This document shows positions 1 through 8,705 of a stretch of DNA of 32,000 nt, one piece after another (the stretch's first letter is position 1; every line of letters begins with the position of its first letter). This DNA is from an uncultured Actinomycetes bacterium. GTDB lineage: Bacteria > Actinomycetota > Actinomycetes > S36-B12 > CAIYMF01. Under the pieces are notes generated by a model. It was given only the letters and a program-made list of their open reading frames with translations, made no database searches and was not told the DNA's origin. Where the stretch lies: contig CAWJMG010000003.1 of NCBI GenBank assembly GCA_963843975.1, positions 1,500,001 to 1,532,000 of the forward strand, written 5' to 3'. The position numbers and the translations under genes were made by a program.

Positions 1-1
1 C

Positions 2-766
2 ATGTTCGTGCTCTCCCCCGCGGCCGACGTCGACCGGCCGCGGCCCACGCTGCTGTCGGGCTACGGCGGCTTCGGCATCTCGATGCAGCCGACGTACTCC
101 GCCACGGCGCTCGCGTTCGTCGAGGCCGGCGGGGTGTACGCCGTGGCGTGCATCCGCGGCGGCGGCGACGAGGGCGAGGAGTGGCACCGCGACGGCATGC
201 TCGCCAACAAGCAGAACGTGTTCGACGACTTCGCGGCGGCGCAGGAGCACCTGATCGCTGCAGGGTGGACCACGCCCGAGCAGCTCGCGATCATCGGCGG
301 CTCCAACGGCGGCCTGCTCATGGGCGCCGCACTGACCCAGCGCCCCGACCTCGCGCGCACGGTCGTGTGCCAGGCCCCGCTGCTCGACATGATCCGCTAC
401 GTCGAGGTGCCGCCCGAGACGAGCTACCTCGGCCCCACGTGGACCGTCGAGTACGGCGACCCCGCGGTGCCGGAGCAGCTCGACTGGCTGCTGTCGTACT
501 CGCCGTACCACAACGTGCCCGAGGGCACAGACTTCCCGGCACTGATGATGATGGTGTTCGACAACGACAGCCGCACCGACCCGATGCACGGCCGCAAGTT
601 CGTGGCCGCCGTGCAGCACGCGTCCGTCGGCGAGCGGCCGATCGTGCTCCGCACCGAGGCCAACGTCGGGCACGGGGCGCGGTCTGTGTCCAAGTCGGTC
701 GACGAGATCGCCGAGACGCTCGCGTTCGTCGCGCACTGGACGGGGCTCGAGCCCTCCGCCGGTTAG
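2..766 (+). CDS. S9 family (prolyl oligopeptidase-type) serine peptidase, C-terminal catalytic domain; 5' end lies outside the window
   Basis: The ORF is open from the window edge. It carries the GGSNGG nucleophile elbow (GxSxGG), then DNDSRTD and GHGA motifs in alpha/beta-hydrolase order. Stop TAG at 764-766. Confidence 0.85.
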   Translation: MFVLSPAADVDRPRPTLLSGYGGFGISMQPTYSATALAFVEAGGVYAVACIRGGGDEGEEWHRDGMLANKQNVFDDFAAAQEHLIAAGWTTPEQLAIIGGSNGGLLMGAALTQRPDLARTVVCQAPLLDMIRYVEVPPETSYLGPTWTVEYGDPAVPEQLDWLLSYSPYHNVPEGTDFPALMMMVFDNDSRTDPMHGRKFVAAVQHASVGERPIVLRTEANVGHGARSVSKSVDEIAETLAFVAHWTGLEPSAG

Positions 767-776
767 GCTCGACGGC

Positions 777-1754
777 GTGGACAGCATCGTGACCGGCACG
801 TCCCTGCTCGCCGCGGAGTCGACGAAGGACGATCCGTGGTGGGCGTCGGCCATCGCCTGGGTGACGACGTACACGCTCGCGATCGTGCTCACGATCGTCG
901 TCTCGGTCGTGCTGTGGTGGATCATCATCCGGCTCATCCGCCGTGTCACCGACAAGGCCAAGCAGCGGCTGCGCCAGGACCGCCCCGGTGCCGCGCGCAA
1001 CAGCGAGCACACCGCCGAGCTGACCTCGGTGCTGATGACCGCGCGCCGCGAGCAGCGCGCGGAGGCGCTCGGCCAGCTCCTGCGCAGCGTCACGACCTTC
1101 ACGATCGTGAGCCTCGCTCTGCTCGTCCTGCTGTCGCAGATGGGCGTCAACCTCGCACCGCTGCTGGCGTCGGCCGGCGTCGTCGGCGTCGCGCTCGGCT
1201 TCGGCGCGCAGACGCTCGTGAAGGACTTCCTGTCCGGCATCTTCCTCGTGCTCGAGGACCAGTTCGGCGTCGGCGACGTCGTCGACCTCGGTCCGGCCAT
1301 CGGCACGGTCGAGGAGGTGACGCTGCGGATCACGCGCGTGCGCGACCTCTCCGGAGTCGTCTGGTACGTCCGCAACGGCGAGATCCTGCGCGTCGGCAAC
1401 CGCTCGCAGGGATGGACGACCGCCGTCGTCGACGTGCCCGTCGCGTTCAACGAGGACCTCGAGCGCGTGCGACGCATCGTCGACAAGGTCGGCACGATGA
1501 TGGACGGCGACCCGGCGTACGACGGCATCCTGTTCGGCACGCCGATGTACGCCGGCGTCGAGAGCGTGAGCGGCGACGCCGTCTTCGTCCGGGTGACGGC
1601 CAAGGCCGCACCCGACCAGCAGATGGCCGCGGCCCGCGCGATCCGCGAGCAGATCAAGCTCGGCTTCGACGAGGCCGGCATCCGCGTGCCCGTGCTCGTG
1701 CGCAACAACCTCCCCGGCACCCAGCCCCCGCCCGCCGCCGCTCCCCCTGCCTGA
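777..1754 (+). CDS. Mechanosensitive ion channel family protein (MscS-like)
   Basis: GTG start at 777. N-terminal TM helices precede the conserved MscS core GFGAQTLVKDFLSGIFLVLEDQFGVGDVVD and a beta-domain. The C-terminal tail is Pro/Ala-rich. Confidence 0.9.
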   Translation: MDSIVTGTSLLAAESTKDDPWWASAIAWVTTYTLAIVLTIVVSVVLWWIIIRLIRRVTDKAKQRLRQDRPGAARNSEHTAELTSVLMTARREQRAEALGQLLRSVTTFTIVSLALLVLLSQMGVNLAPLLASAGVVGVALGFGAQTLVKDFLSGIFLVLEDQFGVGDVVDLGPAIGTVEEVTLRITRVRDLSGVVWYVRNGEILRVGNRSQGWTTAVVDVPVAFNEDLERVRRIVDKVGTMMDGDPAYDGILFGTPMYAGVESVSGDAVFVRVTAKAAPDQQMAAARAIREQIKLGFDEAGIRVPVLVRNNLPGTQPPPAAAPPA

Positions 1755-1758
1755 CCTG

Positions 1759-1808
1759 GATTCGGTAGTGCCAGGGCGCGCAGTACGCCGCCCTAGCACT
1801 ACCGAATC
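1759..1808 (+). terminator. Long imperfect stem-loop downstream of the MscS-like gene (terminator-like, no clear U-tract)
   Basis: The 13-nt arm GATTCGGTAGTGC (1759-1771) pairs with GCACTACCGAATC (1796-1808). After one mismatch the stem continues with AGGGCG (1773-1778) pairing with CGCCCT (1789-1794). The loop is about 10 nt. It lies 5 nt after the stop at 1754. Confidence 0.45.
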
Positions 1809-1863
1809 GTCGTGACGGACGGCTCGCGGTGCGGTGCGCGGGCTTCCTCGACACACTGGGCAC

Positions 1864-3375
1864 ATGCTGTGCCTCGTCACCGGTGCGACCGGATACATCG
1901 GCGGACGGCTCGTGCCCGAGCTGCTCGCCGCCGGGCACGAGGTGCGCGTCCTCGCCCGCCATCCCGAGCGCCTCGTCGACCGCACCTGGGTCAACGACGT
2001 GCAGGTCGTGAGCGGCGACGCGGGCGACCCGGACGCGGTCCGCGCCGCACTGAAGGGCGTCGACGTCGCCTACTACCTGATGCACTCGCTCATGGCGGGC
2101 GACGGCTTCCACGACGTCGAGGTGCTGCTCGCGCGGATCTTCGGCACGACGGCCCGCGACGAGAAGGTGAAGCGCATCGTCTACCTCGGCGGCCTGCACC
2201 CGGAGAACGCACCGGGCAACCTGTCCGACCACATGACGAGCCGCCGCCAGGTCGGAGAGATCCTGCGCGCGTCGGGAGTGCCCACGTGCGAGTACCGCGC
2301 CGCGGTCATCATCGGCAGCGGCAGCGCCAGCTTCGAGATGATCCGCTACCTCACCGAGCGCCTGCCGTTCATGATCACGCCGAAGTGGCTGCGGATGCCG
2401 ACGCAGCCGATCGCCGTCCGCGACGTCCTCTACTACCTCGTGCAGGCAGCCGCGCTGCCGCCGGAGGTCAACCGCACGTTCGACATCGGCGGCCCCGAGG
2501 CCACGACGTACGAGGGCATGATCCAGGGCTACGCGAAGGTCGCCGGGCTCCGCAAGCGCGTGATCGTGGGCGCCCCGATCCTCACGCCGCGGCTGTCGAG
2601 CCGCTGGGTCGGCCTCATGACCCCGGTGCCGAGCACGATGGCGCGCCCGCTCGTCGAGAGCCTGTCGGCACCGTCGGTCTGCAGCGAGCACGACATCGTG
2701 CGCTACATCCCTGACCCGGTCGACGGCCTCGTGCCGTACGAGCGCGCGGTCGAGCTCGCCCTCGTGAAGGTCAACTACGCCGACGTCCGCACGTCCTGGT
2801 CGAGCTCGAGCCTGCCGGGCGCACCCAGCGACCCGCTGCCCAGCGACCCCGACTGGGCGGGCGGCGCGCTGTACGCCGACGCACGCGAGACCGTCGTGCA
2901 GGCGTCCCCGGCCTCGCTCTGGCGGGTCATCGAGGGACTCGGCGGAGACCGCGGGTACTACTCGTTCCCGCTCGCGTGGGAGGTGCGCGGCTGGCTCGAC
3001 CGGGCGGTCGGCGGCGTCGGGCTGGCGCGCGGACGCCGTAACCCCGAGACGCTGCGGGTCGGCGACCCGCTCGACTTCTGGCGGGTCGAGGAGCGTGTGC
3101 CGCTGAAGCAGCTGCGCCTGCGCGGGGAGTTCCGCATGCCCGGGCTCGCCTGGCTCGAGCTCGGGATCCGCGAGGACCACGACGCGAACGGGCACCCGAT
3201 CACGGTCTACACGCAGAAGGCGAGCTTCCACCCCAAGGGGATGCCGGGTGAGGCGTACTGGAAGGCGATGCTCCCCTTCCACGGCATCATCTTCGGCTCG
3301 ATGCTGAAGAACATCCGCGAGAACGCCGAGACCCTCGAGCGCACGGGCACCCTGCCGAGCATCGAAGCCGCCTGA
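1864..3375 (+). CDS. NAD(P)-binding SDR-family protein with a DUF2867-like C-terminal domain
   Basis: The ATG at 1864 gives MLCLVTGATGYIGGRL, a Rossmann TGxxGxxG motif. The listed ORF start at 1834 only adds 10 unlikely residues. The C-terminal half (FWRVEE...LAWLEL) resembles DUF2867. Confidence 0.8.
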   Translation: MLCLVTGATGYIGGRLVPELLAAGHEVRVLARHPERLVDRTWVNDVQVVSGDAGDPDAVRAALKGVDVAYYLMHSLMAGDGFHDVEVLLARIFGTTARDEKVKRIVYLGGLHPENAPGNLSDHMTSRRQVGEILRASGVPTCEYRAAVIIGSGSASFEMIRYLTERLPFMITPKWLRMPTQPIAVRDVLYYLVQAAALPPEVNRTFDIGGPEATTYEGMIQGYAKVAGLRKRVIVGAPILTPRLSSRWVGLMTPVPSTMARPLVESLSAPSVCSEHDIVRYIPDPVDGLVPYERAVELALVKVNYADVRTSWSSSSLPGAPSDPLPSDPDWAGGALYADARETVVQASPASLWRVIEGLGGDRGYYSFPLAWEVRGWLDRAVGGVGLARGRRNPETLRVGDPLDFWRVEERVPLKQLRLRGEFRMPGLAWLELGIREDHDANGHPITVYTQKASFHPKGMPGEAYWKAMLPFHGIIFGSMLKNIRENAETLERTGTLPSIEAA

Positions 3376-3438
3376 CGCGTCGGCGCCGCACGACACCGCA
3401 GTGCCGGATCACTGGGTGCCACGGGGCATGATGGGCGC

Positions 3439-3891
3439 GTGACGCAAGGACCTCCCCCGACCCCGTACGACGCGATGGGCGGAGAGCCCTTCTTCACGGC
3501 GCTCGTTCACCGCTTCTACGAGGGCGTGGCCACCGATCCGCTGCTCCGGCCGATGTACCCGCCGGGCGACCTCGCACCGGCCGAGCGCCGGCTGCGGATG
3601 TTCCTCGAGCAGTACTGGGGCGGCCCGGGCACGTACTCGGAGGAGCGCGGGCACCCGCGGCTGCGGATGCGCCACCACCCCTACGTGATCGACGACGCCG
3701 CCCGCGACGCGTGGCTCACGCACATGCGCGCGGCCCTCGACCTCACCATGGACGAGCTCGGCCTGGACCCCTCGTGGGAGCAGGAGCTCTGGCGCTACCT
3801 CGTGGGCGCCGCGATCGCCATGGTCAACCACGTGCCCGACGAGCAGCCGGGCATCCCGGTCGCCGACGACGTCCAGGAGAAGCCCCGATGA
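3439..3891 (+). CDS. glbO: Group II truncated haemoglobin (trHbO)
   Basis: About 150 aa. The segments PFFTALVHRFYEGVATDPLLRPMYP...AERRLRMFLEQYWGGPGTYSEERGHPRLRMRH are characteristic of 2-on-2 group II globins. The stop TGA at 3889-3891 overlaps the next gene's ATG. Confidence 0.88.
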   Translation: MTQGPPPTPYDAMGGEPFFTALVHRFYEGVATDPLLRPMYPPGDLAPAERRLRMFLEQYWGGPGTYSEERGHPRLRMRHHPYVIDDAARDAWLTHMRAALDLTMDELGLDPSWEQELWRYLVGAAIAMVNHVPDEQPGIPVADDVQEKPR

Positions 3892-5561
3892 CCCACACCG
3901 ACCTGCCCGAGCGCGAGGGCAACGCCGGCCTCCCGTCCCGCCTCGAGCGCCCGTGGTGGCGCGACGCCGTCGTCTACCAGATCTACCCGCGCTCGTACGC
4001 CGACAGCGACGGCGACGGCCTCGGCGACATCCCCGGCATCCGCGCGCACCTGCAGCACGTCGTCGACCTCGGTGTCGACGCCATCTGGCTGTCGCCGTTC
4101 TACCCGTCGCCGCTGCTCGACGGCGGCTACGACGTCGCCGACCCGCGCAGCGTCGACCCGCGCCTCGGCACGGTCGAGGACCTGCGCGGCCTGGTGCAGG
4201 ACTGCCACGCCAACGGCCTCAAGATCTTCGTCGACGTCGTGCCCAACCACTTCTCGTGGGAGCACCGCTGGTTCGAGGAGACCAAGGGCGCACCGATCGA
4301 CTCGCCGCAGTGGGCCCGCTTCCACGCGGTGCGCGGCCGAGGCGACGACGGCGAGCTCGAGCCCAACGACTGGAGGAGCGCGTTCGGCGGCCCCGCCTGG
4401 ACGCCCATCGAGGGCCAGCCAGGCTGGTGGTACCTCCACCTGTTCGACGCCTCTCAGCCGGACGTGAACTGGGAGAACCCCGAGGTCCACGCGGACTTCG
4501 CCGAGACGCTGCGCTTCTGGTTCGACATGGGCGTCGACGGCTTCCGCATCGACGTCGCGCACGGCCTCGTGAAGGCTCCGGGCTACCCGGACGAGGGCAA
4601 GCCCGAGGACGGCCACGCGCAGGTGCTCGCCGGTGCGATCCCGGACTCGCCGCACTGGGACCAGCCCGGCGTGCACGACATCTGGCGCGAGTGGCGCCGG
4701 GTCTCGGACACCTATTCCCCCGACCGCGCCTTCGTCGGCGAGGCCTGGGTCGCGACCCCTGAGGCGCAGGCGGCGTACACCCGCCCCGACGAGCTGCACA
4801 CCACCTTCAACTTCCACTTCCTCAAGACCTGGTGGGGGGCCGAGAAGATCCGCGACGTGATCGGCCTCTCGCTGCTGTCGTCGGCCGCGGTCGGCGCCCC
4901 GTGCACCTGGGTGCTCTCGAACCACGACGTGTGGCGCCCGGTCACCCGGCTCGCGCCGTGGCTGGACGCCGAGACGATCGACCTCGAGGCGGGCAGGCGC
5001 CGCGCGCTCGCGCTCTCGCTCATCTCGCTCGCGCTGCCGGGTTCGGCGTACCTCTACCAGGGCGAGGAGCTCGGCCTGCCGGAGGTGCTCGACATCCCGG
5101 ACGCCGACCGGCAGGACCCGACGTTCTTCCGCACCCACGGCGAGGTGAAGGGTCGCGACGGCTGCCGCGTGCCGCTGCCGTGGTCGGGCGAGGAGCCGCC
5201 GTACGGCTTCAGCACCGGCACGCCGCACCTGCCGCAGCCCGAGGGGTGGGGTCCGCTGTCGGCAGCGGCGCAGAAGGCTGACCCGACGTCGTCGTTCTCG
5301 CTGTACAAGCGGGCGCTTGCCGTGCGCAAGGGCCTCGAGAGCCTCGGCGACGGCGAGATGCGCTGGCTCGACGCCGGCCACGCCGACGTCCTCGCGTTCG
5401 AGCGCCCGGGCGACCGCCCGGTGACCGTGCTGCTCGCGACGGGCGACAAGGACCGGATCGTTGCGTTCGACGGCGAGATCCTGGTGGAGACCGGGGGCGT
5501 GACGCGGCAGGCTGACGGGATGCTCCTGCTCCCCGCCGCCTCCGCCGTCTGGCTCGGCTAG
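3888..5561 (+). CDS. GH13 alpha-glucosidase / oligo-1,6-glucosidase-like glycoside hydrolase
   Basis: ATG at 3888 (MTHTDL...). The listed start at 3711 is an Arg/Pro-rich extension lying over glbO. All four GH13 conserved regions are present: DVVPNHFS, GVDGFRIDVAHG, FVGEAW and LSNHD. The N-terminus reads WWRDAVVYQIYPRSYADSDGDGLGD. Confidence 0.9.
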   Translation: MTHTDLPEREGNAGLPSRLERPWWRDAVVYQIYPRSYADSDGDGLGDIPGIRAHLQHVVDLGVDAIWLSPFYPSPLLDGGYDVADPRSVDPRLGTVEDLRGLVQDCHANGLKIFVDVVPNHFSWEHRWFEETKGAPIDSPQWARFHAVRGRGDDGELEPNDWRSAFGGPAWTPIEGQPGWWYLHLFDASQPDVNWENPEVHADFAETLRFWFDMGVDGFRIDVAHGLVKAPGYPDEGKPEDGHAQVLAGAIPDSPHWDQPGVHDIWREWRRVSDTYSPDRAFVGEAWVATPEAQAAYTRPDELHTTFNFHFLKTWWGAEKIRDVIGLSLLSSAAVGAPCTWVLSNHDVWRPVTRLAPWLDAETIDLEAGRRRALALSLISLALPGSAYLYQGEELGLPEVLDIPDADRQDPTFFRTHGEVKGRDGCRVPLPWSGEEPPYGFSTGTPHLPQPEGWGPLSAAAQKADPTSSFSLYKRALAVRKGLESLGDGEMRWLDAGHADVLAFERPGDRPVTVLLATGDKDRIVAFDGEILVETGGVTRQADGMLLLPAASAVWLG

Positions 5562-5565
5562 CCAC

Positions 5566-6873
5566 GTGGGCCAGGCGGCAGCGCTCGGCTGGAGGCATCG
5601 CGCCTGGGCCGTAGCCGGCGTCACCTTCGTCGCGCTCGTCGCGTCAGCGGCGTTCCGGTCGAGCACGGGCGTGCTCATCCAGCCCGTGTCGGACGAGTTC
5701 GGCTGGTCCCTCGCGACCGTCTCCGTCGCAGTCACGATCAACCTGATGCTCTACGGGCTCGTGGCACCGTTCGCCGCGGCCCTCATGGAGAAGTGGGGCA
5801 TCCGTCGCGTGGTCGCGGCCGCGCTGCTCATGCTCGCGGCCGGCATGTCGCTCTCGACCCTTGTCACGGCACCGTGGCAGCTGATGCTCACGTGGGGCCT
5901 CCTCATGGGCGTCGGCGCCGGCTCCATGGCGCTGGTCTTCGGAGCAGTCGTCGCGCAGCGTTGGTTCGTCGCCCGACGCGGCCTCGTCACCGGCGTCTTC
6001 TCGGCCGCCTCGGCCACCGGCCAGCTGCTGTTCCTCCCCACGATCGCCTCGCTGTCGACCAACCAGGGCTGGCGCGCGGCGTCGTACCTGCTCGCCGTGA
6101 TCGCGCTGCTCGCCATCCCCTTCGTGCTGCTCGTGCTGCGCGACCGGCCCGCCGACGTCGGCGCGCTCCCGTACGGCGCACCTGCCGGTTGGACGGAGGA
6201 GGTCGTCGACAACGGCGGGCGCGGGGCGGCCGCCATCGCGATGCTGCGGCTGCGCGAGGCGTCGCGCACACGGGCCTTCTGGCTGCTGGCGTTCGCCTTC
6301 TTCGTGTGCGGCTGGTCGACCAACGGCCTCGTCGGCACGCACTTCGTCCCGGCTGCGCACGACCACGGGATGCCGGCGACGACCGCGGCGGGGCTTCTCG
6401 CGCTCATCGGCGTCTTCGACCTGTTCGGCACGATCGGCTCGGGCTGGCTCACCGACCGCTACGACCCGCGCAAGCTGTTGTTCGTCTACTACGGCGGACG
6501 CGGCCTGTCGCTGCTGATCGTCCACCTGTTCTGGGCGCCGACGGTGCAGCCGCCGATGTTCTTCTTCGTCGTCCTCTACGGGCTCGACTGGGTGGCGACG
6601 GTGCCCCCCACCGTGGCGCTGTGCCGCGAGTGCTTCGGCGGTGCCCGGGCGGGAGTCGTGTTCGGCTGGGTCTTCGCCTCGCACATGATCGGCGCCGGCG
6701 TCTCCGCTGTGGTGTCGGGCGTGATCCGGGAGTCGACCGGCTCGTACGACTGGGCCTGGTGGTCGGCGGGCGCGCTGTGCCTCGCGGCCGCCGTCGCGTC
6801 CTGGATCGTGCCGAAGGGCGACGTCGTCACGACGCCTGAGCCCGAACCGGCTCCGCAGCTCACCTCGAGCTGA
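5566..6873 (+). CDS. MFS transporter
   Basis: The 435-aa product is hydrophobic with about 12 predicted TM segments in a 6+6 layout around a central loop (RDRPADVGALPYG...). The GTG start lies 5 nt after the GH13 stop. Confidence 0.8.
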   Translation: MGQAAALGWRHRAWAVAGVTFVALVASAAFRSSTGVLIQPVSDEFGWSLATVSVAVTINLMLYGLVAPFAAALMEKWGIRRVVAAALLMLAAGMSLSTLVTAPWQLMLTWGLLMGVGAGSMALVFGAVVAQRWFVARRGLVTGVFSAASATGQLLFLPTIASLSTNQGWRAASYLLAVIALLAIPFVLLVLRDRPADVGALPYGAPAGWTEEVVDNGGRGAAAIAMLRLREASRTRAFWLLAFAFFVCGWSTNGLVGTHFVPAAHDHGMPATTAAGLLALIGVFDLFGTIGSGWLTDRYDPRKLLFVYYGGRGLSLLIVHLFWAPTVQPPMFFFVVLYGLDWVATVPPTVALCRECFGGARAGVVFGWVFASHMIGAGVSAVVSGVIRESTGSYDWAWWSAGALCLAAAVASWIVPKGDVVTTPEPEPAPQLTSS

Positions 6874-6903
6874 CCCGCTCCGGCCGCCCAGCGGGCGTCC
6901 GGG

Positions 6904-7554
6904 TCAGGCCTCCGCGCCGACGAGCTCGCGGACGAGGGCCGGCTGCGGCTGCTGGACTGCTGCCGCTCGACGACGGGCCATCTCGACGCCGGTGATCACG
7001 ATGTTCGTGCTCAGGGTCATGATCGCGGCGACCAGGACCGGCATGTCCAGCGTGAGGACGGCGAAGGCGAGCCAGCACAGCTGGGACACGACCTTGAGGC
7101 CCTGCGAGGTGAGCGAGATCGCCGACGGCCCCATGCCGCGGCGGAGCCACACCGTCTCGAACACCTGCGGCCACATGCCGGTGAGGCCGATGCCGAGGGC
7201 GAAGAAGCCGGCCGCCTCCGGGCTGAGGCGCAGCGAGAGCGCCACCATCGCGGCGGTCGCGACGACGAGGCCGAGCGCGCGGACGCCGCGGCCCCAGGCC
7301 GCCGGCACGAGCAGCACGATCGCGATGGCGCCGCTCACCAGGAGGATGTTGCCGGGCACCTGCGGCATCGAGCCCGTGCGGACGCCGTACGCGATCCAGG
7401 TCGTGCACGAGACGACCGTGATCGCCCATGTCCACGGGGAGACGCCGCCCATGGTCGGGTTGCGCACGATCCGGAGGATCTGCGGGATCACCATGGCGAC
7501 GCCGATGGCCGAACCGAGGTAGGCGAGGGCGGTGCCGAGGACTGCGTGGCTCAC
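6904..7554 (-). CDS. Seven-TM membrane protein with two PQ-loop motifs (SWEET/PQ-loop-like, 3+1+3 topology)
   Basis: GTG at 7554 is preceded by AGGAAG 7 nt upstream. Each half carries a PQ motif on its first helix (VIPQILRIV and MWPQVFETV), with three hydrophobic helices per half joined by a central helix (ALGLVVATAAMVALSL). Confidence 0.65.
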   Translation of the reverse strand: MSHAVLGTALAYLGSAIGVAMVIPQILRIVRNPTMGGVSPWTWAITVVSCTTWIAYGVRTGSMPQVPGNILLVSGAIAIVLLVPAAWGRGVRALGLVVATAAMVALSLRLSPEAAGFFALGIGLTGMWPQVFETVWLRRGMGPSAISLTSQGLKVVSQLCWLAFAVLTLDMPVLVAAIMTLSTNIVITGVEMARRRAAAVQQPQPALVRELVGAEA

Positions 7555-7571
7555 GGGCTGACTTCCTGCTT

Positions 7572-7585
7572 CTGTATGGATACAG
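7572..7585. promoter_or_regulatory. Candidate LacI-type operator (inverted repeat CTGTAT-GG-ATACAG) with an extra ATACAG half-site at 7595-7600
   Basis: Perfect 6-bp inverted arms sit in an AT-richer patch of the 101-bp divergent region between the PQ-loop gene and the LacI gene. The repeat lies next to the PQ-loop gene's ribosome-binding site. Confidence 0.4.
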
Positions 7586-7655
7586 TCTGGAACGATACAG
7601 CACGAACACCAGCAGGGGCGAACGCTATTCCCCGGCCGGAGCAGCAGGAGGACCC

Positions 7656-8705
7656 GTGGGCACCGAGCGGCCGACGCTGGACACCGTGGCCAAGGCCGCG
7701 GGCGTCTCGCGCATGACCGTGTCGAACGCGTACAACCGCCCCGACCAGCTCTCCGCGACCACGCGTGAGCGCGTCCTCGCCGTCGCTGCCGAGCTCGGGT
7801 ACGGCGGTCCCGACCCCGCCGGCCGCTCGCTGCGCCGCGGCAGCACCGGCACGATCGGCGTCGTCCTGACCGAGAGCCTGTCCTACGCGTTCACCGACCC
7901 GGGGCTCGTGTCGTTCCTGCGCGGCATCGCAGACGTCCTGTCCCCCGCCGGCCGCGCGATGCTGCTCGTGCCCACCCACGCGGGCGGCGCGGAGGACCTC
8001 GTCCGGTCGGCGCTGGTGGACGCGTTCATCGTGTGCTCCCTCGGCGAGGACGACCCCGTCGTCGCCGCCGTGCGCAGCCGCGGCCTGCCGCTGGTCACCA
8101 TGGGATCTCCGCGGCTCAAGGGTCACCCGTTCCTCGGGATCGACAACGCGGCCGCCGCAGGGCTGGCCGCCGACCACCTCGTCGGCCTGGGACACAAGCG
8201 GCTGGCCGTCGTCGGCGTGCCCACGACGATGACGCTCGACCCGGACGGACCGGTCGTGCCCTCCCGCGGCGGCTTCCGGCGCCGCGTCGAGGGCTTCGTG
8301 GCTGCGGCCTCGCGCCGAGGTGTCGACCCGACGAGCATCACGGTGGTCGAGGCGTGGAACAACTCGACCGACGCCGGCCGCGAGGCGGCGGCCCCGCTCA
8401 TGACGGGGCGGCGCCGCCCTACCGGGATCTTCGCCGTCAGCGACGCCCTGGCCCTCGGCGTCCTCGGGGCCGCCGCCGACGCCGATCTGCACGTGCCGGG
8501 CGACGTGTCCGTCGTGGGGTTCGACGGGATCGACGAGAGCGGCTACAGCCGCCCGCCTCTCACCACGGTCGCGCAGGGCCTCCGCGACCAGGGACGCACG
8601 GCCGGCACGGCGACGCTGTCGCTGCTCGAGGGGAAGCAGCCGCGACTGCCGAAGGTCACGCCCGAGCTCGTCGTCCGGGCGAGCACCGCTCCCCCGCGGC
8701 GCTGA
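7656..8705 (+). CDS. LacI family transcriptional regulator
   Basis: GTG at 7656 is preceded by GGAGGA. The N-terminal HTH reads PTLDTVAKAAGVSRMTVSNAYNRPDQLSATTRERVLAVAAELGY, followed by a periplasmic-binding-protein-like sugar-binding core. The listed start at 7428 adds 76 Arg-rich residues across the divergent promoter. Confidence 0.9.
   Translation: MGTERPTLDTVAKAAGVSRMTVSNAYNRPDQLSATTRERVLAVAAELGYGGPDPAGRSLRRGSTGTIGVVLTESLSYAFTDPGLVSFLRGIADVLSPAGRAMLLVPTHAGGAEDLVRSALVDAFIVCSLGEDDPVVAAVRSRGLPLVTMGSPRLKGHPFLGIDNAAAAGLAADHLVGLGHKRLAVVGVPTTMTLDPDGPVVPSRGGFRRRVEGFVAAASRRGVDPTSITVVEAWNNSTDAGREAAAPLMTGRRRPTGIFAVSDALALGVLGAAADADLHVPGDVSVVGFDGIDESGYSRPPLTTVAQGLRDQGRTAGTATLSLLEGKQPRLPKVTPELVVRASTAPPRR

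Noticed and set aside
318-5741. Long minus-strand ORFs (318-1994, 1654-3396, 3795-5741) antisense to the MscS, SDR and GH13 genes.
   Set aside because: Their products are dominated by Arg, Ala, Gly, Pro and Asp/His runs with no motifs. These are typical stop-free shadow frames in very GC-rich DNA opposite well-supported genes.
7428-7655. The N-terminal extension of the LacI ORF (start at 7428).
   Set aside because: The 76 extra residues are Arg/Gly-rich, overlap the divergent PQ-loop gene and the operator region, and precede a good GGAGGA-GTG start directly in front of the HTH.
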